Origin: Bacteroidales bacterium | Lineage (GTDB): Bacteria; Bacteroidota; Bacteroidia; Bacteroidales; UBA4417 | Assembly: GCA_038212135.1 (NCBI GenBank) | Contig: JBBQUX010000001.1 | Span: forward strand, 13,734-77,733 | Direction: 5' to 3' | DNA: 64,000 bases | Shown here: in pieces, positions 48,131 through 55,568 of the stretch | Layout: each line of letters starts with the position of its first letter | Numbering within the stretch: position 1 is the first letter of the stretch | Position numbers and translations under genes: made by a program | Notes under the pieces: generated by a model | Databases searched by the model: none | Told to the model about the DNA's origin: nothing | What the model saw: only the letters and a program-made list of their open reading frames with translations

Positions 48131-49561
48131 ATGAAAAAGCACAGACCCAAATTCATTTTGCTGATGATAGTTCTTTTGCCGGTACTGATGGCATCAGTTA
48201 CATCAGATGAGTATGTAGTATTAAGTTGGAATGATTTAGGCATGCATTGTGCCAATAAAGATTTTTCAACTATGGTAATACTACCACCTTACAACAACCT
48301 GAAAGCGCAGGTAATTAAACGAGGCAATGCAACCACTATGCCGCAGTTAATAACAACCGGTCTCACTGTTACTTATGAAATTCCTGGTAATACATATTCG
48401 GTTGGTAAAACAAATTTCTGGACATATTCGCTAGGTTTGTTTGGCGTTTCTATACCCAATACCGGACTTACCGGTGCCGGATTAACCGGGACGATGGCAA
48501 TGAATACGAATGAATATTTTCAGGATGGTATACCACTTACCCCTTATCAGGATAATAATCTGGTTACAGAATCGCCTTTTCAACTTGCGATGATCAAGGT
48601 GAAAGACGGAGGTGGGAATTTACTCGCACAAACCCAACCAGTAATTCCGGTTTCGAATGAAATTAATTGTGTAAGTGCCGGATGCCATAATAGCGAACAG
48701 GCAATTTTAAATGAACATGAACTGGAAGGTGGTTTTAATCCCAATAACAAACCAGTGAAATGTTCGAGCTGTCACTCCGATAATGCTTTAGGTGCTCCGG
48801 GCGTTCCGGGCTTACCCTCTTTTTCTGAGGTAATCCACAAGAAACACGGCAGCATCACAAATGATTGTTATAAATGCCATCCGGGGCCAAACACTCAATG
48901 CTTTAGGGATATAATGCATACAGGAGGCATGGTTTGCCAGGATTGCCATGGAAATGTTTCACATGTTGGCCAAACTATTCAAAATGGAAGGCAACCTTGG
49001 CTGCAGGAGCCTTCGTGTGGCGAAGCTGCTTGTCATGGTGCTAATTATTCGCCAGAACCAAACAAGTTATACCGTAATTCGAGGGGGCATGCTAATTTGT
49101 ATTGTTCGGCATGTCACGGATCGCCTCATGCTATTGTTCCAACCGAACAGGCAAATGATAACGTTCAGAGCATTGCCGTTCAAGGTTGGGCCGGAACACT
49201 ATCGAAATGCTCGGTATGTCATGGTATTACCCCCAATTTGCCTGGTCCTCACGGGATTATGGGAACCGGTATCATAGAAATAAGCGGGACTGTTCCAAAA
49301 ACCACTCATCTGGATCCTGTTTTTCCTAATCCTGTTAATTCTCAGACCCATATAGGATTAAAGGTAAAAGAAGCCGGAAACATTAAAGTTGAAGTATTTT
49401 CATCAACCGGGAAATACATTGAAACAATTTTCAGCGCTCAGATTACACCCGGTGAATATATAATTGACTTTAATACCGGAAACCTGGCAAACGGAGTTTA
49501 TACCTGCATTATGCTGGCCGGAAAAGCAAAAGACACTAAAAGTTTTATTATCAGCCGATAG
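48131..49561 (+). CDS. multiheme c-type cytochrome (5 x CXXCH plus 2 x CX4CH) with T9SS type A C-terminal sorting domain; paralog of 46554-47843
   Basis: Signal peptide. N-domain colinear with the paralog (WNDLGMHCANKDF..MVILPPYNN). Heme motifs CVSAGCH, CSSCH, CYKCH, CQDCH, CGEAACH, CSACH, CSVCH. The last ~85 aa, FPNPVNSQTHIGLKV...GNIKVEVFSSTGKYIET...ANGVYTCIM...KSFIISR, fit the Por secretion tail pattern. Confidence 0.85.
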   Translation: MKKHRPKFILLMIVLLPVLMASVTSDEYVVLSWNDLGMHCANKDFSTMVILPPYNNLKAQVIKRGNATTMPQLITTGLTVTYEIPGNTYSVGKTNFWTYSLGLFGVSIPNTGLTGAGLTGTMAMNTNEYFQDGIPLTPYQDNNLVTESPFQLAMIKVKDGGGNLLAQTQPVIPVSNEINCVSAGCHNSEQAILNEHELEGGFNPNNKPVKCSSCHSDNALGAPGVPGLPSFSEVIHKKHGSITNDCYKCHPGPNTQCFRDIMHTGGMVCQDCHGNVSHVGQTIQNGRQPWLQEPSCGEAACHGANYSPEPNKLYRNSRGHANLYCSACHGSPHAIVPTEQANDNVQSIAVQGWAGTLSKCSVCHGITPNLPGPHGIMGTGIIEISGTVPKTTHLDPVFPNPVNSQTHIGLKVKEAGNIKVEVFSSTGKYIETIFSAQITPGEYIIDFNTGNLANGVYTCIMLAGKAKDTKSFIISR

Positions 49562-49582
49562 AAATACTAACAGAGATATAAT

Positions 49583-49617
49583 AAAAAAGTCCCTGGAGAG
49601 CATTCAGGGACTTTTTT
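49583..49617 (+). terminator. rho-independent terminator after the T9SS cytochrome gene
   Basis: aaaaaaGTCCCTG-loop-CAGGGACtttttt. Confidence 0.7.
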
Positions 49618-49710
49618 GATGTTGAAAATGTAAGACTCTGAATAAGGATTTTGTAATACATAAACGGGGTAAGATATACTGCTTGCTTGCAAGATTTATT
49701 CCGGGCAAAT

Positions 49711-49756
49711 AAAAAAAGCCTCACTTCGGTTTTATACGGATGAGGCTTTTAAAAAA
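49711..49756 (-). terminator. rho-independent terminator after the cytochrome c peroxidase gene
   Basis: AAGCCTCA-N17-TGAGGCTT flanked by A/T runs. On the minus strand the stem is followed by a T-run. Confidence 0.6.
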
Positions 49757-49767
49757 TTAATAAATAC

Positions 49768-50811
49768 TTATGGCATAACAGGAACCACTTTGGCATCAGC
49801 CGGAACTTCACCTGTCAGTGCTTTCATGAATGCTGTTATTTCACTTGTTTGTTCAGGTGTTAATTCCTTATTTAATTGTCCTTTGGCCATTATCTGAATA
49901 GTTTTGTCCATTTCTTTTATACTTCCATCGTGCAGGTATGGCCAGGTTTCGGCTATGTTGCGCAACGAAGGCACTTTAAAGAAGTATTTGTCAGCTTCAG
50001 TTTTAGTTGCAGCCATTTTCCCAAAATCATCTACGGTGCTCCCTGTGAGCTCTTTATGAGTTCCAAATAAGGGGTATTTCTGGAACATGTTTCCACCTAA
50101 CAACGGACCCATATGACATGCCGTGCAGCCTGTTTCTATAAAGGCTTTGCAGCCTTTCAACTCCTGATCGTTAAGAACGCTAAGGTCGCCGCCAAGGAAT
50201 TTGTCGAATTTACTGGGTGTAAGCAATGTGCGTTCAAAAGCAGCAATGGAATTTCTCATGTTTGTGAACGAAACGGGCTGTTTGTCATCCGGGAAGGCGG
50301 CTTCGAACATTTTCTTATACCCTTCATTTTTGGTCAGCCTTGCCATTACTTCTTTTTCATCGGGCATGCTCATTTCAACTGGATTCATAACAGGTCCGCC
50401 AGCCTGTTCTTCCACATCTTTCATCCTTCCATCCCAGAACTGCACGAAATGTAAAGCAGCATTTAGTACGGTTGGCGAATTTCTGCTTCCTAATTTCCCG
50501 TTATCGCCCGGGCTGGTCGGTTTGTTATCAACGCCAAACGTAGCCAGATTGTGACAAGTGTTACAGCTTTCAGTATTGTTTAATGAAAGCCTGTTGTCGT
50601 AATACAAAGTTTTACCAAGCAACACTTTTTCGGTAGTTACTGCATTGCCAGGATTAACGGCTTCGTCAGGTAAAGGCTGAAACAGGTTTTTAGCCAGCAT
50701 AAGCACTGAGTCAGCATTGAGCCCTGAAACCTGATCTTTGCTCTGTTTGTTGTTACATGCAAATGTGAGAACCACAATTGCGGTAATGACCGGAATAAAT
50801 AGATTTTTCAT
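49768..50811 (-). CDS. ccpA: di-heme cytochrome c peroxidase (CCP/MauG family)
   Basis: Start at MKNLFIPV (signal/lipobox-like TFAC). CNTCHNL and CTACHMG heme motifs, FWDGR, and VPSLRNIAETWPYLHDGS, characteristic of bacterial CCP. Confidence 0.9.
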   Translation of the reverse strand: MKNLFIPVITAIVVLTFACNNKQSKDQVSGLNADSVLMLAKNLFQPLPDEAVNPGNAVTTEKVLLGKTLYYDNRLSLNNTESCNTCHNLATFGVDNKPTSPGDNGKLGSRNSPTVLNAALHFVQFWDGRMKDVEEQAGGPVMNPVEMSMPDEKEVMARLTKNEGYKKMFEAAFPDDKQPVSFTNMRNSIAAFERTLLTPSKFDKFLGGDLSVLNDQELKGCKAFIETGCTACHMGPLLGGNMFQKYPLFGTHKELTGSTVDDFGKMAATKTEADKYFFKVPSLRNIAETWPYLHDGSIKEMDKTIQIMAKGQLNKELTPEQTSEITAFMKALTGEVPADAKVVPVMP

Positions 50812-50885
50812 GATGATTTTTAATTGGTTTAAATTAAGTGATATTATTATTTTTTTGAATTGGATATGACAGTTTATCAAAGTTA

Positions 50886-51608
50886 TTAATCATCGTCTTC
50901 ATCCTTCTCTTTACTATTTATCTGGTTTTTCTGTTCCGGATTTTCTGCTTCAGGAGAGATTTTTTGAGTAGTAATTGAGTATGGGACTATTGCCAAAGCA
51001 GCCAGTATGCCTGTCGCAGCAACAATTTTCTGAAATGAATTCAGCTTGATACCTTCTGCATCAATGTTTTTGTAGCCCGTAAAAATAGATAATAATGTTC
51101 CCGCTTTTTTGTTAAAAATAAAATCAACAATGTTACCGAGCAAATGCGCAATCACAAGCCCGATAAGGATATTCACAGCAATCTCGTGGATTTCTTTTAG
51201 TGAATCTTCTGACAAACCGGTTTGAACGAAAGCAAACAGACCTTGTCCTTCCGATGCCAGCAATAAAATTCCTGATACAACGATTATCAGGCTGAAAATT
51301 ATGATCCCCAACATTACGACCGATGCCGCAGGATTATGACCAGGTGACTGACTCTTACTTTCCTTCATATTGGCAGCAAATTTTTTGAGAGAATTCACCC
51401 CGATAGGGAAATCGCTGAACCTTGAGTATTTTGGGCCGACAAAGCCCCATATTATCCTGAAAATGATCAGTATCCCAACCATATATCCAACGGATGAATG
51501 AAAATTCAGCAATTCTTCTTCGCCTGATAAAATGTAAGCGGCAACCATTCCGATTACCAGAAGCCAATGGAAAATCCGTGTTGGCAAACTCCAGATGTAT
51601 GTTTTCAT
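50886..51608 (-). CDS. cytochrome b561 / Ni-Fe-hydrogenase b-type cytochrome family membrane protein
   Basis: 240 aa. PTRIFHWLLVIGMVAAY, SVGYMVGILIIFRIIWGF and HEIAVNILIGLVIAHLLG provide the conserved His pairs in 4 TM helices. Acidic C-terminal tail. Confidence 0.8.
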   Translation of the reverse strand: MKTYIWSLPTRIFHWLLVIGMVAAYILSGEEELLNFHSSVGYMVGILIIFRIIWGFVGPKYSRFSDFPIGVNSLKKFAANMKESKSQSPGHNPAASVVMLGIIIFSLIIVVSGILLLASEGQGLFAFVQTGLSEDSLKEIHEIAVNILIGLVIAHLLGNIVDFIFNKKAGTLLSIFTGYKNIDAEGIKLNSFQKIVAATGILAALAIVPYSITTQKISPEAENPEQKNQINSKEKDEDDD

Positions 51609-51653
51609 AGTTTTTAGAATTAAAGTTTGAGTGTTAATTTTTGATTATATGTT

Positions 51654-52514
51654 TTATTCTTTCCCGGATGGTTCATAATGAATGTGAACCTCACAGCGTT
51701 CAATCCGGCCGCAAATTATTTTTTCGACCTTGTGCGAAATGGCGTGAGCCTCGCTTATGTTCAATTCCGGATCAACATGTATGGTTATATTTACAAATGT
51801 GTCGGCTCCGGCTACCCTTACTTTTAAATCGTGGTAATAACTCACTTCAGGAATGAGTTGAATCATGGAGGAAATTTCATCGCTGAGTGTAAGCGGGCTG
51901 CGGTCGAGAAGTACATCTATCGCTTTTTTACCAAGCCTGTATGATACTGTGAGAACGATTAATGCTACTCCAAGAGCGGCAACCGAATCGGCTGCAAAAA
52001 GGCCGAAATTCGCACAAATCAATCCGATCAGAACAACTACTGAACTCCATATATCAGTGGAAAAATGAAGCGCATCAGCCTCCAGTGCCTGGCTATTGTA
52101 CTTTCGCGCTACTTTATATAAAGCTCTCGAACGTGACACATCAACAATGATTGAAGATATGACTACAATATAACTCCAGATTGTTACTTCAATGTGGATA
52201 TTGCCTGTTAACAAACGGTTTACAGCTTCGTTTACGATCCATACACAGGTAATGATAAGCAATATTGTTTCAAGAAGAGCTGAGAAATTTTCGGTTTTTC
52301 CATGACCAAAGTGATGATGCTTATCAGCCGGCTTGTCAGAAACTCTAACTGTAAAATATGTGATTACAGCAGCAACAAGGTCCAGAGCCGAATGTAGTGC
52401 TTCCGATAAGATACCGAGACTTCCGGTGAGTAAACCGACTATGAGTTTAAACCCGGTTAAAAAGATGGCCGCAAATACTGATATTCCGGCTACTCTCTTT
52501 TTCTCTTTTTCCAT
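51654..52514 (-). CDS. cation diffusion facilitator (CDF) family metal efflux transporter
   Basis: 286 aa. SEALHSALDLVA (TM2) and ALHFSTDIWSS (TM5) CDF motifs, plus a C-terminal cytoplasmic domain. Confidence 0.88.
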   Translation of the reverse strand: MEKEKKRVAGISVFAAIFLTGFKLIVGLLTGSLGILSEALHSALDLVAAVITYFTVRVSDKPADKHHHFGHGKTENFSALLETILLIITCVWIVNEAVNRLLTGNIHIEVTIWSYIVVISSIIVDVSRSRALYKVARKYNSQALEADALHFSTDIWSSVVVLIGLICANFGLFAADSVAALGVALIVLTVSYRLGKKAIDVLLDRSPLTLSDEISSMIQLIPEVSYYHDLKVRVAGADTFVNITIHVDPELNISEAHAISHKVEKIICGRIERCEVHIHYEPSGKE

Positions 52515-52632
52515 GAAAAAGGTAATAATAATGTTACTTCTAACGTGCTGCTTGTTATTGCTTACACCAGAATTGTCAGTATAACCAGGGAAATAAAGCT
52601 GGAAAGAGACAACTGGAGTAAAACGGAATTTA

Positions 52633-52932
52633 TTAGCAGGATTGTTTGGGTGGTTGCCAGATGGAAGAGAGGAAATAGCTGAATTCAGGCTGAGCTTTCA
52701 TAAATAAATGCAGGTGGTTAGAAAGGTCAGAGCCAGAAAATATAATAGAACTCTTCTGGAAAAAATGATCGCCAAACGAAATAGTATGGTGATGCGGTCC
52801 GTCAGTATTGCCGGTATGAAAAGGGATATGTGTTGTGTTAATATTTGCATACAAAGAAATACTTTCATCCACACTCATCAGCAGAGCGATCATAACAGCT
52901 AAAACAGCAGCTATATATCTTAATTTCTTCAT
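52633..52932 (-). CDS. small secreted/anchored His-rich hypothetical protein
   Basis: Start at MKKLRYIAAVLAVMIALLM (signal or anchor). His-rich mature part (THIPFHTGNTDGPHHHTISFGDH..NHLHL). First ORF of the reverse-strand CDF/cyt b/CCP gene string. Coding status is not certain. Confidence 0.45.
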   Translation of the reverse strand: MKKLRYIAAVLAVMIALLMSVDESISLYANINTTHIPFHTGNTDGPHHHTISFGDHFFQKSSIIFSGSDLSNHLHLFMKAQPEFSYFLSSIWQPPKQSC

Positions 52933-53216
52933 ATCAGCAGCAAAAATACAAAAACAATCTGGTTTGATCATTCTCCCAACTTTATTCAAAGTCGCAAGCT
53001 TTGGATGAGTGAGCCTGAAAATTGCAATATAGTTATACATATTTACGTTCTTAAATACGTGAATAGGTTTAATGTTTTCTGATGATTAAGTTTGAATCTA
53101 AAGCATTGCTAAATAGTTGATTAAATAAAATTATGATTAAAGCAGCAAGCGACCGATTTCTACAAATCTAGTATCCCTTTTATGGTTTTCCTGCTGCTCT
53201 ATGTGCAAAAAAATAA

Positions 53217-53237
53217 AATTTAGAATGTTTCTAAATT
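53217..53237. promoter_or_regulatory. perfect 21-bp palindrome AATTTAGAA-TGT-TTCTAAATT (candidate operator)
   Basis: 9-bp perfect arms, 35 nt upstream of the TACCTTTG -7 box of the multiheme operon, in the 403-bp divergent intergenic region. Confidence 0.35.
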
Positions 53238-53271
53238 AGAACAGGTCAGTGACGAGGTCTTCCAAATCCGT

Positions 53272-53279
53272 TACCTTTG
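53272..53279 (+). promoter_or_regulatory. Bacteroidota -7 promoter box (TAnnTTTG)
   Basis: TACCTTTG lies 57 nt upstream of the ATG at 53336. Confidence 0.4.
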
Positions 53280-53335
53280 ATTTCTTGTATTACCCGATTT
53301 TCAGCTGTATAACTGAATAAAAAAGCTAGAAGAAC

Positions 53336-54205
53336 ATGAATAAAGCAGTTCACAGAATTTACCTGGCAGGATTATCACTTATAGTATTAATTGCATTTGC
53401 TGCAATTACATTAAAAGGATACCAATATTATAAAATCAGTCTCGAAGAACGTTTTTTTCATCCGGATCATACCATCCTTAAACCAAGTGGTTTTTGGGGT
53501 CATGGAATGGGAATAGTTGGCTCCATTTTTATGATCCTTGGTGTAACCCTGTATATGGCCCGTAAGAGGTACAGAGTATTCTCGCGGTTGGGCTTTTTAA
53601 AACACTGGCTCGAATTTCATATTTTTTTGTGTACGTTGGGTCCTATCCTTGTACTTTTTCATACCGCCTTTAAATTCGGTGGCATAGTTGCAATCAGTTT
53701 CTGGAGCATGGTAGCTGTTTTCCTGAGTGGAATTATCGGAAGGTTTATCTATATTCAGATTCCGCGAACAATCGAAGGACGCGAATTAAGTCTTTCTGAA
53801 GTTAGAGGTATGAAAGGTGATATCGGTAACACATTAAGCCATTCGATTCAATTGGATGAAGGAAGCCGGAATGTAATTGCGGATTCAATAAAGGTAAAAC
53901 CAGAACTTTATCATAGTAATTTCTTTGTACGCACTTTTAGGAAATATGTTGACGACAGAAAGTCACTTGGTAGTGTAAAGACTGTTTTGAAAAAAAATAA
54001 TCTTTCCAAATCGCAACGGATTGAAGTGTTGAACCTTGTAGAAAATGAAATTTCACTCAACAGGAGGATTGAACGGCTTGTATTAATGCAGAATTTATTT
54101 AAATACTGGCACGTGGCACATTTGCCATTTGCCCTGGTGATGCTTGTAATTATGGTAATACATGTTGCAGTTACCATTGTATTTGGTTATAAATGGATAT
54201 TCTAG
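53336..54205 (+). CDS. polytopic membrane protein with paired conserved-looking His residues (unknown family)
   Basis: 289 aa. Four N-terminal TM helices ([23 protein letters not shown]), a soluble loop of about 110 aa, and a final TM segment [23 protein letters not shown]. First gene of the operon. Confidence 0.75.
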   Translation: MNKAVHRIYLAGLSLIVLIAFAAITLKGYQYYKISLEERFFHPDHTILKPSGFWGHGMGIVGSIFMILGVTLYMARKRYRVFSRLGFLKHWLEFHIFLCTLGPILVLFHTAFKFGGIVAISFWSMVAVFLSGIIGRFIYIQIPRTIEGRELSLSEVRGMKGDIGNTLSHSIQLDEGSRNVIADSIKVKPELYHSNFFVRTFRKYVDDRKSLGSVKTVLKKNNLSKSQRIEVLNLVENEISLNRRIERLVLMQNLFKYWHVAHLPFALVMLVIMVIHVAVTIVFGYKWIF

Positions 54206-55542
54206 TTATGGATGAGATGCTTTTAGAGAAGGTGGTTATTTATTCCCTGGTAATTCTGTTTTGCCTGGTTATTGTATTTATTTATTTGCGCAAGCAGAAA
54301 CGGGAATCGAAAAAAGTGGAGGAAAAAATTGTTATTGCAAAACGGGATGGAATGTACGAGCCTGTATCGTTGCACCCGGTAATTGACGAAGGCAGTTGTA
54401 TACGAACTGGTGCATGCATTGCTGCCTGTCCGGAAAAGGATATTCTGGGTATAAAAGATGGTAAAGCAACAACGATAAATGCTTCTAAATGTATCGGACA
54501 TGGGGCTTGTTTCCATGCCTGTCCAACAGAAGCTATAACACTGGTAATAGGTACCGAAAAGCGTGGCGTTGAACTGCCTCATATTAATCAGAACTTCGAA
54601 ACCAATGTTGACGGAATTTATATTGCAGGTGAGTTAGGAGGAATGGGTCTGATAAAAAATGCCGTTGAACAGGGCAGGCAAGCCGTCGAAAATCTGGCAA
54701 AAACCCTTCGCAAAGCGCACCAGGCAACTTACGACCTCGTAATTATAGGTGCTGGTCCTGCAGGAATTTCTGCTTCGCTCACTGCAAAAAAACATAACCT
54801 CAACTTTCTGACTCTTGAACAGGATACCCTGGGAGGAACTGTTTTTACTTTCCCCAGGCAAAAAATTGTAATGACTTCAGCCATGGATCTCCCTCTGTAT
54901 GGCAAAGTGAAATTATTCGAAACCAGTAAACCGGCACTACTTGATTTATGGAATTCAGCACTTACAAAGAATGGCATTAGTATTCAAGAAAACACAAAAG
55001 TAGAATCGATAACAGCCGAAAACGGGCATTTTAATATCGAAACACTTACGGGACAGCATATTACAGCAAAAACCGTTTTGCTGGCCATCGGGCGAAGAGG
55101 TACGCCGCGTAAACTTGGTGTTGAAGGAGAAATGCAGGAAAAAGTAGCTTACCGGCTCCTGGAACCGGAAGATATAAGCGGGAAAAACATTATGGTTGTT
55201 GGCGGAGGTGATTCGGCCATTGAGTCCGCTTTGCTGCTGGCTGATCATAATAATGTTACTCTTTCCTACCGCAGTGAAGCTTTTAACCGAATAAAGCAGA
55301 AAAATAGCGAAAAGATAAAAGATGCCATAATTTCGGGCAAGGTGAAAGTGCTTTTCAACACAAATCCGGTTCGCATTAACAAGGATTCAGTTGTGCTTAC
55401 AACCAGCATGGAAGAGGAGGAACTTTATATTGAAAATGACCTGGTTTATATTTTTGCCGGCGGTGAACTCCCGATTCAATTCCTGGAAAAGGCTGGTATC
55501 CATATCACTAAAAAGTTCGGGGAAGCAATAATGAAACATTGA
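54193..55542 (+). CDS. membrane-anchored 2x[4Fe-4S] ferredoxin-domain / FAD-NAD(P)-binding (thioredoxin-reductase-like) oxidoreductase
   Basis: N-terminal TM segment ([19 protein letters not shown]). Cluster motifs [12 protein letters not shown] and [12 protein letters not shown]. Dinucleotide folds [13 protein letters not shown] and [13 protein letters not shown]. Its start overlaps the upstream gene by 13 nt. Confidence 0.85.
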   Translation: MDILVMDEMLLEKVVIYSLVILFCLVIVFIYLRKQKRESKKVEEKIVIAKRDGMYEPVSLHPVIDEGSCIRTGACIAACPEKDILGIKDGKATTINASKCIGHGACFHACPTEAITLVIGTEKRGVELPHINQNFETNVDGIYIAGELGGMGLIKNAVEQGRQAVENLAKTLRKAHQATYDLVIIGAGPAGISASLTAKKHNLNFLTLEQDTLGGTVFTFPRQKIVMTSAMDLPLYGKVKLFETSKPALLDLWNSALTKNGISIQENTKVESITAENGHFNIETLTGQHITAKTVLLAIGRRGTPRKLGVEGEMQEKVAYRLLEPEDISGKNIMVVGGGDSAIESALLLADHNNVTLSYRSEAFNRIKQKNSEKIKDAIISGKVKVLFNTNPVRINKDSVVLTTSMEEEELYIENDLVYIFAGGELPIQFLEKAGIHITKKFGEAIMKH

Positions 55543-55568
55543 AATTGATATTTTAGGCAAAACTGCAC

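Noticed and set aside
52933-53335. The 403-bp divergent intergenic region as host of a hidden small gene or riboswitch.
   Set aside because: I could see no ORF with a plausible start or signal, and no recognisable riboswitch core. Only the palindrome and promoter box are reported.
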